Of a stretch of DNA of 64,000 nt, positions 38,291-52,740 are shown one piece after another (within the stretch, counting starts at the first letter, position 1; each line of letters starts with the position of its first letter). This stretch comes from Tubiluchus corallicola (lineage: Eukaryota > Animalia > Priapulida). The stretch is taken from the NCBI GenBank assembly GCA_030141605.1, contig JAQGDQ010000022.1, positions 930,001 to 994,000 of the forward strand, given 5' to 3'. The translations under genes and the position numbers were made by a program. The notes below the pieces were generated by a model. That model worked only from the letters and a program-made list of their open reading frames with translations, searched no databases and was not told where the DNA came from.

Positions 38291-41261
38291 GAAAAAAATA
38301 AAGAGCGCATGTATCGATTCTTTCATCAACCGACAGCTTTCATTTTCTGCATAAACGATTGCAAGCAAAGGTGCAAGTGCGTATTTTTATTCTTGCACTA
38401 CAGTAAGTCTACCTCTAACTTAATCCGTTTTTGACAACATTTTTCTTCGATGTGAGGCGCGAGCTCTAAATTGCAAATTTCTAGCTGTCAAAAATAAATG
38501 CATTTAGTGTACATTTCCGTTTTTGCGAAAAAGTCTGTTTCCCTAGTAGATTTTTTTACACCCAAATAATGGTCTATCTTGGACTATTTAAGAGAAAACA
38601 CAAATAATCTTATACCTGCTTATTTGGTTTCAGCCCCACTTTACGGCGCCAAGACTAACAGTGTACATATATCATAGAAATGCGATTAAACAGACGTAAA
38701 AGTGGGAAAGATCGACTCGGAGTTTACCACAGATAAGGCTGTCGCCTATCGACATGATTTCTATCTGCCGCATGCCCTGACTTTGCTACTGCTGTTCTCT
38801 AGTTCATAGATCAAGGAACCAAAGAGAGTAAAGAACTTGCCATGATCAATCTATTTAAGCTTGCAGCTAAAATGATGTAAAATGCTGTCTTAAAAAACTC
38901 TAAAAGGAAATTCGACTGCCAGTAAGCCTATATTAAGTGATTTTAGAATTTAGACATACGGTCACATACCAGTTAGTCTTAAATTGCAATACAATACACG
39001 CAGTACAAGTACAAAGAAGAATAAGTTTTATTTTGAGTTGAGGCATTCTATAATCTTGATTGCAATATCAGAATATAATTTTGAATTTGGTCGTCCCGTT
39101 CCGAAATCCCGAATTTAAAATGAATCCCGAGATTAAAGACTCTTAATTATTTGACTCTAGATTTCAAGATCTCTGTATTTTCCGTGACGGTGATCTCAGA
39201 TGTCACCGACTTTGGATCGTCAGCGAAGCTCTTCTATACCCATACAAGTCGCGCCGTACTTCAGAATTAATCTAAGCACAAAGTAATGCATCAATTATTT
39301 GGCAAACGCAGATTTCTTAGGTTTTGTACAGTAAAACGTGAATCAAGACAAAGATTTCAAATAACTATACGTTAGGTTATAACGGCTGCGCAAAAGCGTC
39401 TGCATTTGTCTCCAAAATAATAGAAATATGGCAATAATTGCACCGAGGGAAGAAAATGCTAATACACCAATAACCAGGTTAAAAACGTGCCCAATGTTTG
39501 CACGTTTAGCCCGCTGGAGTGTAAAAAATAGTTCCATATCGTAATCGTACGTATGTTCAAAGTATCATAGGTTAAAAAAACTAGCAGCAGAGTCGAATAT
39601 GAGGTTACTCTTTTTTAATTGTTTAATGGGCTTAATCGGTGATTTTTAGATTACCAACACAAACGATATGTCTTTTGGTACATCAATATCTATTACCTTA
39701 TATTAATTCTGCTAGTGTGTGCGTGTGTTTACAAATTTATATGTATATGTAATTTCTTCGGTTACTACAGCTTCAACAACCTACTTGCATTTTTTAACCT
39801 TCAACCAATTGCTTACATTAAACGAAAAGTGTCAATTATAATTATTTAAGACTTTCAATCAATATTTTTCACCCAAACGATAGTTATGCTTACATTTTTG
39901 CAATACTGATTATACTGTTGGCTATATTATTTAATTTTCTATTTTTTGTAATAAGCGATTGTACCAAAATTTATCTATGCGCTCGGTTACGACAAACTTA
40001 CCCCTTACTGCATTAATAAATAAAGATTGCTATTGATTTGTCGTGTTTTAATATGGAAATATATCCATACTTCAATGCCGGGGTCTTAATTTTCAGTTTC
40101 AACTTTCCTGTAAAGCCTTTAGACTCTTCAAAATTTGTTGGCGTTGGCGCCGTTTGGATAGCTAAGCACAATAATATTAAATTGAGGGTAATGGCAATAA
40201 ATAGAAAGTCTAGAAAAAGTACGCTTGTTCTCATTATCTGGCGCCAGTGCTTGTTGCCGTTTGACTTGCGATTTAGAGCAGATTATTAATGGATGCTTGC
40301 AAAGCGTTGTGATCTTTGTTCAATAGTTTTTGAATTTTTTTTGAAACTTTACAATACTTAAAGTTGGACTTGGAGTTTATCGTTTATTAGCACACCTTGC
40401 GCAATTAGTGTTTTTTCTCCTGGATTTTGTTTGTTAGTAAGATTGAACTTTTCGTATAAACGCAATAAATTTGGTTATGATTAACGTGTAGATCTAATCT
40501 GGATATTGTGCGATATTCGCGAAGTGATTGTGCAAAAAAAATCATCGTTCCATTCACTGGGTCCATTTCAGTTACGCTTATGGTCACGTGGATCGCGCAG
40601 TTTTGTCTAAAATGTTTAAAAGACTTTAACTGAGAAGGTAAGGTGTGGGAGAGAGAAGCAAATAGAGAAAGAGAGCCCCGCTACATTTATATTAATATCT
40701 AAACGACGTAGAAAGGTAATTATGCCAAAAGTGACAAGACAAGACGAAAGACATGATAATGAGATAAGATCAAACTTATTTAATATTAACTACCTACACA
40801 GAGGAATAAAGAAGGGCCCTAAACTTTTTGACTGATCTTACTAAATCAGCTAAAATTAAAAAAGCTGAAACAACCCAGAAAATCGGCGCGTGATAGCTAG
40901 TTAAACCAAAATTTCGCGCATCATTAACTTCTTGGGTGACTTTTAAATTTTTTGTCATAATTATTGTTGTGTGTTAGCGTAAACGTCACGGCGTTACAGA
41001 ATTTGGTTACAAAATCGATGGCAAACTGCATCATAGAATTCTATCACATTCCAGTTCACCATTAGAACTTTTTGGTAAAAGAAGCATGGTGCCAGGGTTA
41101 TTGTGCAATATACCGTATATCAATCAATTATAAACTTAGTTTCAATGTTACAAGGGTGCCAGTTAAATTTAATATTTAAAACGAGATTTATCTGAAATAA
41201 AACGTGAAAAAGTCGGACTTGAACTGTATATAATATTGAATTTCACAGAATTTCATGTCTC

Positions 41262-41263
41262 CC

Positions 41264-41309
<46 letters not shown>

Positions 41310-41345
41310 CTCTCTATCTTCCCCCCACTCTCTCTTCTCTCTATC
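41262..41345. repeat. (CT)n microsatellite
   Basis: Directly visible. Confidence 0.9.
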
Positions 41346-44300
41346 TTTTTGCCTAGTCTTTAGTTTAGAGTACATCTAAATCTATTTCTGGAAAACGAAT
41401 TTGTGTCATTATGTAGCCTACCTCATCTACAAAGCTTAATTAATAGGAGTAAAGTGAAACATTTGAGTGTTTCTTTTGAACATACGTTCAATTCATTATT
41501 ATTAACTAATAATTCTAATTATTATTACATCATTATCTAATATCAAAATTGAAGATGCCGAGACCAGAATCTGTCCAGCAAAGAGCCATTTGTGGCTACA
41601 AAAATCTCACTTGGTCACACAAAGGATCTATAAAAGAAACTTGTGCTTGTTTGGCACTACAAGGACGCCTAATGGTTTTTCATGATTACACTTTTTTAGA
41701 CCAATAATTCAGTTTAATTTAGAGAGTTAAACGACCGAGAATGTGACAGTCTGTTGTCGCAGGGACACGCAATTCTGGCGCCTCTGTCGCGTGCTTGATC
41801 GATCACACATATTACCGCAGTGACTGTAGTTTATATATAATAACTTTAATAAAATGTAATTATTTCTCTGTGGAAAGATACTTTTGTAAAGGCCGCAATA
41901 AAACTTTGCTGCGCCATCATTTATATTGTTAAAGAATAACGACAGACCTAGTTAAAAATTAAACCTCCCTAATACATAAAGTGTACTAGTGGGGCCTGTA
42001 CGACGTAGACTGCATTTAATTTTATAAGAACGACGGACATTTTGTTTTCATTTGAGATTTTTTTCGACCATTAATTCTTCAACCAGTTCCCCCCTGGCAC
42101 CTCAGCCCACTGTAATGGAGTGAGAGAAAGTGTGAGTAAAGAAGGAGACAAGGATTACATTTCATTATTTTGTAAAAACAACGAATAATCAAAAGCTAGT
42201 GGTGGCTACGATAACAGTGCCACCGACGACAAGTTGAGTCCACCATTAAAAAATTTCTTTTCAACGAAGTGTGAGACATTGTCGCCAGTATGGAGCCAAA
42301 ACCATGAACAGGTGCTTTCAAGCATCGTGATTTCACAGGTAATTATACCAACATGACACGACGTCTGACTGTCGCCACTAGATGACATAGTCACTCCCCC
42401 ATATCACCGGTTTCACAGTCTGTCATTACACATACATTAGTTATATAAATAATGATTTGTACACAATAGGAATCGCTTATTTGCCAGATCAGTAAGTACA
42501 AGACGGATAGCTAGGGGCGCAGCCATTATGTTTTCCTACGTTAGAATATGCATAATTTGATAATAAGGGCGCTGATATAACGCTTGCTGCGGTCTTGCAA
42601 CAGCAATTGAAACGTACGTGTCGTTCTTGGTTTGCAAAAACTCGGGAAAATCACTGAAGAAGTGACAGAACTACTGTTAATACATAAGCGACTTTGAACG
42701 TCCAGCTGATTAATCAATTACAGTTACGTGTGCAGTGGGTCATTCTGTCACAGTAATCCACAAACACCTCCTTTCGTGCTTCTACTATTGTTACAAAAGG
42801 GACAGAGCAGCAATAACATGCTGATATACATTTGAGCAATAAAATGTCCACTTATTGGACTCTGTATGGTGTAATACTATGTGCTTATAGCATTTGTTAG
42901 TACGCAGTTTATTTTCGAACATCCTCTTGTATACTTTCAATTAAATCGAGCAGAGAAGTTGTTGAAAACTTGTTGACGATTTGCTGAAGAAAAAGGGAAA
43001 AATAACAACAAAAGAAAAAGATATGCGGTAAATGCCTACGCAACTATGTAACAAAGAAAGACGGTTTTACCTGACAACAGCTTTTTCTCTAATTTTGCCC
43101 AAATTCGTTTAACAATTTAGTGGAAGCCACCAAGGGACATTTTAAGGAATCAAATAAATTATTGTTGTTGAACTTTCAGGACGTTATACTCGACTCGACA
43201 GCAGCTATTAAAATAGGAACGTCGCAACATTATACATTATTTTTACCATGGTGTCTATAAATCTATTTAAGACTATTATAACAGACCATCTTTATTTTGC
43301 CGTTTAGTGCTATTTCTTTGTGACTGTAGCACTGTGTTTTTTTATAAAATATAGAGATATAGTACTGCATATGTAGTTCAGCTAATTTTTGAACGGTCAT
43401 GTTGATGGCTGTACATTATGTACAAGTTTACTGCCATTATGTACTTGTGCAAAGTATTGTTGTAAAACTGCCTAAGTTCAGTTGTGCGCATCCAAGAATT
43501 TTATTCATAATTGCCTTGTACATTACAATTGATGGTACCCATACGGATATAGTAGTGGTTCGTGGGTAGGGCGATTAGTCACGTCAGTGCGTGTGTCTGT
43601 TTGCTTGTTCGTCCGCAACAAAGTCAAAACAGGTGAAGCTATAATTTGGCGCAGGGATAGATCTAGACAGGACGTGAAAAACGTTAATTTCGAATTCAAA
43701 GAGTCACAGCTCAACAAGAGTCTCAAGACCTAAAATGTCAGTCAACTTCAGTAGGCTGATGAAGATATTGCCAAATCTACATGGCATAGTTTGAGTAAGG
43801 CGAGATCTACAACACTCTTCAGAAGTGCAGACCCACGCAATTACACGAAGTATACAGTGCGCAAATTTATAAGACATGCTGGATAATAATGTGCTTAGAC
43901 TTAAGCAAATGTAGCACTGCCTTTAAACGGAGCTCTTTAATTTATTATCTGAATTCTCAAGTTGATAATCTTACAAGTTAGTCCTTATGCTGATCTCTTT
44001 ACTGGCGACAGAAATGTTATCTTGCGGCTAGTTTCTTGCTGCTTCTCAAAAGTATAGTAACAGCAACTGCTGCTTTTAACTGCATATGTATACATATTAC
44101 TGATTGAGAAGCTTCATCACAAGAGACTGTGTTGAACTCGACAATGCATGTTCCACTCGATAATCTCTGTCTTGCAAGTTTACAGTCTTCAAGCAGAGTT
44201 TGTCACTGGTAACAAAATTGTTACTTTCAAATTAACTTAACATTCTAGGCAATTTTCAAAAGACATCAGCAAAAATTGTGCTATTAGTTGTTAAATGAAA

Positions 44301-45583
44301 AACTCCAACTCAGCTGCTGTAACGTTTTCTTTATAATTCTGGAATACCAAAGCTGACTTGCCATGGCCAGGTAGGTTCTATATCACTTTGAATACGACCT
44401 ATTACCAAGTATAGCTTGACACATCAGTCTCTTACGAGGAAATAAATTTTATCGTGCAGTTTTATAACAGAATAGTACGAATCCTGACGCCACGTCTGGC
44501 TTACCTTGTAGTAAAATAATTAAACCAAGTGTTCACAAGCCGTCTGACGACACCACTTATTATTTTTCTTCACTCATAAAGCAACGAAGATATACGCTAC
44601 TGGGCGGAGCGGTGCCGTTTTGTTTATGAGCTAATAAAATAATAATTGTTATCGATTCATTTGCTGTTGCGTCGGCACTGTAGGTATCTGTCAGGCGCTA
44701 ATAAAGCACAATTATTCATCATGACTTCTGAATGTCTATGAAATTTTAGTTAGTTTTAACATAGTTTAGTTGGTTCAGATTAGACAGTTTTAAAACTGAT
44801 AAACGAATCCACACCAATAAATTTTACTTAGAACCTACCATACAGACTACGTTAGTATGGCGCTGACATTTATAAAATACAGTTGGGTAAAGCTGGTTGG
44901 ATGAGGTTGGGTGTTGCATATGGGATGTAGAGATGGCTGTGGCGGAACTGGAACGTAGCTTACTGTCAAAAACAATCCTCTGAGGAGTATTTTTAGCACG
45001 TCACCCACCCATTACCTAACCAGGTTTATGACTTCGTTGCTTACTAAGTATGACACTAAAAATGGGACTCTAATTGATTTGAATTCCATAATTTTGGCGT
45101 TCGTTGATTGTTAACCGCACATCTACAGGCCCTGTCGTTCGATGTCGGATACGATGGCGGAAGAAAGACTGTTCGTTCAGTGAGTCTGATATCACTTATT
45201 GTATATAAAATAGGATACGATTATGAATTATAAGCGTGAATTTTACTAGAAAGTTCAACAGCCATTGAACCACCAGGTGACCTGGGTGTAAAACAATTTT
45301 TTCAGAAGCTATGAATAGTAATCAAAATGTTAACAAAACGCAGTTGTCTTTATACAGTATGACAAGGCGTTATAATTAAGCTTTCTGTGCTCGAGGGAAA
45401 CTGATCATTTAAGCATTTCCTCTTCAAAAGCTGTAACAATCACCTAAAGTTAACTAACCTGGCCTTATTCATTTTTCCATGTCTCATAACAGATGGCACT
45501 AATAAAAGGAAATGCGGCGCCATGCTGTTGCGACATTTTACTATAGTTATTATTTATTTAAACATTATTATTACTGTGACACA

Positions 45584-45598
45584 GGCGCCAACTTGTCT
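45584..45598 (+). promoter_or_regulatory. Canonical bipartite BMP response element GGCGCC-N5-GTCT
   Basis: GGCGCC AACTT GTCT matches the Smad1/5(Mad)+Smad4(Medea) element with the 5-nt spacer; it lies ~1.8 kb beyond the I-Smad stop codon; a second GGCGCC sits at 45516. Confidence 0.55.
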
Positions 45599-47436
45599 CG
45601 ACTTGGTACAACTATCTGCCCAAAAAACCAAATAAACGCGAAAATAACGAACTGTAAACACAATAATTATAATTATAGACGAGAACCTATGAATCAAATG
45701 CCACTGTTAACAAGGCCCATGGCAAGCATGCTCTGTGATTAAGCATATTTAACTCTGTGATCATAAACCTACAACCACAAACTTACTGCATTTTTACTAC
45801 AGTATTGCTTGGCAGGCTTACGTCCTGCGCGCATGCGAGCATATTTGCATAATTTATTTGCTCATTCACTTGTGGCAAGCCCTTTTCACATTGCATCTCC
45901 TAAACGTGCAATACCTTACCACAACATCTAATGCTGTTGTAACAGTACCCCGTATTGGACTATTGGCTATGATGCGTGCAAGAACTTTTGTTTTAGATAC
46001 AGTATTAATAGTAGTTTTTGCCTGATTAAAAATAATGCAGCACATCATTGTAGTTTTGAAATGCATAATTCAATAAATATAAACATGTAGAACAAGACAT
46101 ATTTAATTCAGTATATTAACCATTTCTATATAATAATAATAATATTTGATTTTAAACAAATAAAATTTACAATACAACTTCAGTCGGCAGTCTCAACACA
46201 TTTTCAAACAAGTTTGTATACATACATTATTTACAAGAATTTATAATTATATAGTTCACGATTTGATTTGTATTTACAGTAAACTGTTTGTTAGATGAAA
46301 ACACTTTCTATAGACGTTTTAAAAGAGCATAAAACTTTTTAACTTAACTTAGCAGTCAAAGAAAGTTCATGTTGAAACTACAGGCACAACTAATAAAAAT
46401 ATACAAGCTTTTGGGTTTGTAAAGTACCCTGCATTTAATAATTATAATTCCGTATGTTAAATGTTAAGTTAGCATGAAAGAAAATCATTAATTCAGACTT
46501 GTAGTGTTGACATGTGCCAAACCAGAGTGCCTAGAGTGCTTCCAAGATAAAGTGACTTTATACTGACTTCTTTTTCAGCATCAGCATAAATTCCTTTTTG
46601 TTTCTGAATACAAAAAAGATGCACCTTTCATAAAGTATCTTAGTTATGTTACAGGCTTTGGAGCTTCCAAAGTTACAAGTTATGGAGCTTATAGGTTAAG
46701 GCATATTACTACTGTTGAACAGTTGTTGGTTTGTGGCACAACTTGAACCTGGATTATTACCTAGATATTACGATAAAGAAAGCCGGTTAAAGGAACAGTA
46801 ATAAGGAAAGTGTAACAAAAGTGTTATATATGTTCACAATGTTATAACCGGTTGGTTTGGTTTGGAGTGGTTTGTTTCAACTATAACTGCAATTCTGTTT
46901 CATTGTTTTATAACACAAATTGGGAAACTATAACACTTTGCGTACACTACAGTACAACACCTTATACTGTGTTTGTTAAACAGTCACATTTTTAACCCAT
47001 AGTCATTAAACTAATAAGACCTAATAAGCAGTCATGCAACATATAAGAATTTTAACTCAAATTTGTCATTTTCTGCATTGAGTAATGGAACTTCATGTTG
47101 TTTGGCTAGAGTGAAATGATACAGATTACAAATTTACTTACATATTTACTCACAACTTTTCCATTGTTTTAACTTTTGAAGTTTGACAGCAATAGTGGTT
47201 TGTATAAAATTTGATATTCCAGAACAATAACTGCTTGAAATCAAATGGAGACAACTAGATAAACTATTAAATTGTAAAGTGTTTGCTAAAAAAATTGCGT
47301 CATTTTATCTACACAGTTTTACTGCCAAGTTACCTAACGCAAGAGAAGTTCAATCTTAAAGGCTGCAGTTGCTTTCAGAACGAATTTTATATCCGGAGTT
47401 CTACAAATAATACTGAGGTTCGCTCATTGTCTTATA

Positions 47437-48005
47437 TCATCTGTGTGGTGATGATCGTCGAGCGAGTAATATTTCTAGCCAGCAAGGGCACGATGTGATG
47501 AACTGTCGAGTATAACACGTCCCCCAACCCTTCATAAACGATATCCTAGCCGAATTGGGATCGTACGGCCCGTTGACGTAATCAGCTTTGTCCAGCCGTC
47601 CCATAGTGTTGCTTTTCTCGAAATCAAAAACTTTTAAACTATATCCTGGCAATACTTTTACCACAGTCGACGTCCTCGTATTTACATGTTCTAAGGTGGG
47701 ACTGTTTGCAAAAATAGCGCTATCTGAACGGTTATAAACCCAAACAGCATCGCCTTCTTTGCTGAGCACAATTCCACAACCGATTTTCTCCCTAGTCCGT
47801 TTCACAGTTTCATCTACATCCGGATAATCTGAGTACAGAATGTCAAGGCACATGCCGTTTTGATGAGGTAGTTGTTTAAATATATTTATACTGGAGTCGT
47901 ACACTTGTATTTGCCGACCCACTCGACACCCGTGTTCCCAGTACGCTATGGTACACCAGTGATGATGACCTTGACCTGACGCTGACCCTAAGTGACCTTC
48001 GCCGT
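47437..48005 (-). CDS. SMAD6/7: Inhibitory Smad (Smad6/7, Dad-like) terminal exon, MH2 domain; gene 5'-partial
   Basis: Acceptor TTTTTCTTGCAG with a phase-1 start (DGEGH...). [74 protein letters not shown]; no C-terminal SSXS motif, consistent with an I-Smad. Confidence 0.93.
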
Positions 48006-51000
48006 CTGCAAGAAAAACAAAAGACACGTAAAAGTTTATTCTGTACAAAAATAAGCTAAGTTAAAGTTTTTACATGAGTCACCTTACAATAAATGTCCCA
48101 TCTAATTCAATAAACATTCCAAACAGGAATACTTTCACGTTAAATGGAACACAGTGCTTCCTGTCCCACGCCCAAAACAGTAAAAGGCCTTTATTTAAAA
48201 ACGTATCAGAGGTAAGTAACTGTGTTCATAGATGCGGCTGCAGTGGGCAGTAAATTATGTACATTTAAATAACTCTAATTGGTAATAATGCCTTAGAATC
48301 AAACACAATATATATAGTTGAAGTTCAAAGTAATACTGAATACAGTTTAGCAGATAAACCCTTTTTACTGATAATCAGCATCAAATATAACGCCATAGGA
48401 CATATGTTCTCAGAAGGTATAATGCACAATATTGCTTAACTTCAGAAAATCTCTATCTATATAACAAGTCGCCACCTACATAAGTCTCGTTACTGTACTA
48501 TACTAATGGTCTCAATTTTCATGGCATATAAATTTCAGATTAAATGCGGTGCATTCAGTTCATCGGGTAAATTCGATAAGTATTGTTGTGATTTTTAGTT
48601 ATTAGATTGCACAGCTGCAACGTTCATTTCTGCTTCAAAGCATTAGCATTTAGCAATACATAGTGATTTACTTGGTCAACCTTGAACCATTGCCTCTGCA
48701 AAGGAATATCGGCCGCAATTCTAAATTCAGATTGCAAAACGCAAATACGCAAATAAAACAACTCTAAAAATTAAAATAAAAATTACAATGTCCTTGTGGG
48801 CCACATGCCCAAACCAATACCCTGCAGTTATGCTCAAATTTACGCACGAGAGATGAAATAACGACGCAACAGTGCTCGAACAGACTCGAAATGATACTGC
48901 CAAGATCCAATGCTTTCAAATGGCAAACTTTTCTTCAGTTTCGCGTATAAACTTAGTCGTCCTCTTTAAATTAACACTTCAAATTTCGTCGACGAACTAT
49001 ATAGGCAATAAACGCTGGCTGTTTAGCAGGAGCGCAATAAATTCGCGCCAGATAAACAACACACTCCAGCACTGTAGTTAACGCCGCAATGGCGACATTT
49101 AAAGTGATTTTCATTTATTCCTCCTCAAAGCACAGCAGAACAAAGCCGTCGACGCATCTCAAAATCAATTATGAAGTCTCAGCTATTACGATTAATGAAA
49201 TGTAATCATCATTAAGCTTAATGAAATTGCTTTTGTCTGCGCTTTAACGTGCACGTCGTTTTAAGGCGAGTTTAAAACACCAATGCCTTCAATTTCGGAC
49301 AGTCAATCAGAATTTCATATTGTAGTCGAAACCACCACAGTTTAAGTAGGCAATAAATCTCTGGTGCCAGACATTACGTCTAATTAAAATTTTCTGCACA
49401 GCGTCAATTAACAACTGTTGTCGTAAGTAACTATTATCGACAATCAAAGTCAAGTAAATTTAGCTAGTCACTTGTCACGAATAAATCTGTGTAATTTTTT
49501 TAATAAGATAACATTGTGTCTGGACCCCAGGGAATCTAACGTGTTGACAGAAGCAAGCCTGGCGGCGGCGGACATCAAATAATTATTACGACTATAATAT
49601 AGTTATTAACCTCGCCCACAATAACTTATTCATGGCGCTTGGTAACTATTTCAAAGCTGCTTCGCCGTTTGCCGAGTGCTCATCAGTTCTGCAGAACAAA
49701 TACATAATGTAGGATTTAATCAGAGTCAAGGGGGTCGGTCTGGCGCCTCATTTATACCTGACATAATCATACGCTAATGGAACACATCTCATTACTGGTG
49801 AAGCCACGGAGGTTACACGATCGTCTTGTTTACATGGCTTCGCAGGCTCTTCCTACCCGTATTACAGCAGCAGCACTGCAGATAATGCATATGCACTTAC
49901 GTAGGCCGCACTGACTAACTTTCTTGGAAAAAACATCCATGTTATACATACATATAGGCCATGATTTAGAGTAGACAAGCGTATTTTTTATTCAAATGCA
50001 ATATGTTAGTGTAGCTAATGTACCAATTTTTGTATTTGCTCCAGGTGCAATGCAACAGCGACAGCAACAGCAGCAGCAAAAACAACAACAACAATAGTTA
50101 TAACAAATGCTTTATCGCAATTTCAAGGTGTAAAACATGAATTAAAACCGTCCAGTGTATTTCCCAGCAATATAAGTGCATTAACCACAGCACTTATTCA
50201 TTTGGCTTCGTTTATGAAAACACCGAGTTACACACGGCAGTACTTCCTCTGCCAAACATAAACATAAATGGATTGTTGCATTAAGTTGAGGGGTGAGTAG
50301 ACAAGAGGGTGAAAAATTCTTCGCAAAAGAAACAGCACATCGTACTCAACGCCAAAACCAACGTAATCAGCAATAAAACTTATAGGGTGCTACTGAGACA
50401 GAAGTCAGACCGGTAGTTACATCATAATCAAAGTCAGTTAACACTGACCCTCTTTCCGCCACTATTGAAAATTGGAACTCAAGGCTTAATGAAGAGTGAA
50501 ATTCACTCTTGACTCGCAGACAAAATTATAAACAAGTTAAGAAACTCATCCTTTTCGCCGAACATTTTTTGCAAGTTTTGACTCCACTAGGCTCGTATCA
50601 CGTGATTCGGTGTGGTTAGCGACTCAACAGCAGTCAACAGCAATACGAATGGATGGACTAGATTTCAATGTTAAGAGAAAATGTGTATTCTTGGCTAAAG
50701 GGAATGAATATAATTTTTTCATTATACGTGAACACACATTATCCCTCTTTAAATGCCAAATAACACTAACGATTACGCTACCTCTAGTTAACTGATAGCA
50801 GAGGTAGAAGCCTGCAGCAGCATGCTTAATACTGATCTTAATAACCCATTATAAACAGAGGTTATCTTTCGATTTCTGAGTTTAAACTGCCCTAAACTTG
50901 CTTCATCAGGGAGTGTCTACAAGCAAGTTTATTGTTGGCTTTTTGTGCAAGCAAGTCAAACGCCAATGAAATGAAGCGTTTAAAATTTGACAAACAAGAT

Positions 51001-52672
51001 ATGACATTCAGCTGGGCGTGAAACGGGCAGGCAGCGCCAGCCAACCATCTCCGGTGTCTGCCGTGTTTCCGGATGAACGCTTCTCCCGCGGAATCCGGAT
51101 TCATGCCGGCGACACCAGGCGACCGCAAGCCAGTCTTGATAGCTTTATCCAACTTACTGATGATTTGATTTGAGAGTAATTGCGGTGCGCTTGGCTCCAG
51201 CAGATGACGGCGCGCGATTATCCTTTCCGTCTCCGCACTCAGAGCTCATCGCGAAAGAGCAAAGACTGTGTCTCCTAGAATCATAATCGCTACGCCATTT
51301 ATCGTCCATGTATTATTACTGCATTACATTATAAGTTATACTGAACGACTAGTCTACGGGCAACCACAATTAATATACGCTACAAAAGATGAAATGATTA
51401 CGTACGTACAGACACGATACAATTTACCACAGCTTGTACAGTATTAAAGCGCGCCATGTCGCCTAAAACGTTTTATTTTCAGCCTGCAGGCGCTGGCAAA
51501 TATTTAATGAATTTTTATGCGCTCGCTTGCTCGCTACCCGGGTAGTCCGGCTCGCTTCACGCGTTTTTGTTTACTTACACAAAATGTTTGGCGGGCACAT
51601 CACGCAGAGAAAAATAGTCCCATTTGAAGACTGAATGAAAACATCTGCACAAAATCATTCCAAGTGTATCATATTCACTCTCAACCCATTTTGAATTCAT
51701 ACCACTCTTTAAATTATCTGCTGCTGCTGCTAATATAATTAATTTTCGCGGTTACCTACAATAGATGGGGATAACTGTACAATGTCAGAAAAGTTCTATG
51801 ATAACATCATCGCGCACAATACAAAACACATTAAAACAACTTTTACTACTTTATGCATATGGTTTTTCAAAAAGCTTGGTGAAAGTGACGGAACAATGAA
51901 ACTCACAGTAAATTTTAATTTTTCGTGTCCCTCTGAATTTTGTAACCTTTACTTAAAATAAAAGAATACGTAAAATGTTTAGGAAAGGCATATTTTAATT
52001 TGCAAAAAATTCAAAATGAGAAAAACAAAAGGCATATGAGGCCGGGGTGCGAGTTAATATGAAGTTAAGTGCAACCGGTGTTTTCATCTGTTTAAATATA
52101 AAAAAATTAAAAGAAAGGAAACAGGAGAGAAATCCGTCATTTACGCTAACATTTCATGGGGATTTTGAAAGTTTCTGAAGACGTCTACAAAAGATGAAAA
52201 GTGCACAATCAGTGACTGCAAGTATATCTCGATTGGACATCAATAATAAAGTCCCACCGCTGGAGCCAGACTTCAAACAGACTATGGTCGTTAATGCCCA
52301 TCTCAGCGCACGAGAAAATACGGTTATTTGAAGAATGTTTTCAATTTTGTCGACGTAAATTAAAGTCTAGGTGAATGGAAAGGAAAACAACGCGATGCTT
52401 CATCAAATTTCTACAATTTGATTGTTGCCAGATAGAGCCAGACTGGCTGCTTTACAGGACAAAATGACAGTGGCAAAGGCAGTCGGGGAACAAAATGACA
52501 CAGTAAATGCATTTAGGCCTACAGGACAAAATGGCAGCAAATGAACCACAGCTTGGATCTACGACAAAACGCTGGAAGACGTCTTACGTAGCACAAGAAA
52601 TGGGGGTCGCTTTGTTTGACTAAATGGTAATAAGAGTATTCATTTTTTAGACTAATAACACTACAGAGACCG

Positions 52673-52740
52673 ATGATGATGCTGGTGCTGCTGCTGATGA
52701 TGACGACGACGACTACGACGATGATGATAATAATAATAAT
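52673..52740. repeat. Compound trinucleotide microsatellite (GAT/GCT/GAC/AAT)
   Basis: Directly visible. Confidence 0.8.

Noticed and set aside
40013-40234. ORF with a signal-peptide-like N-terminus
   Set aside because: Short, no homology recognised, no supporting exons; hydrophobic ORFs are common by chance in T-rich DNA.
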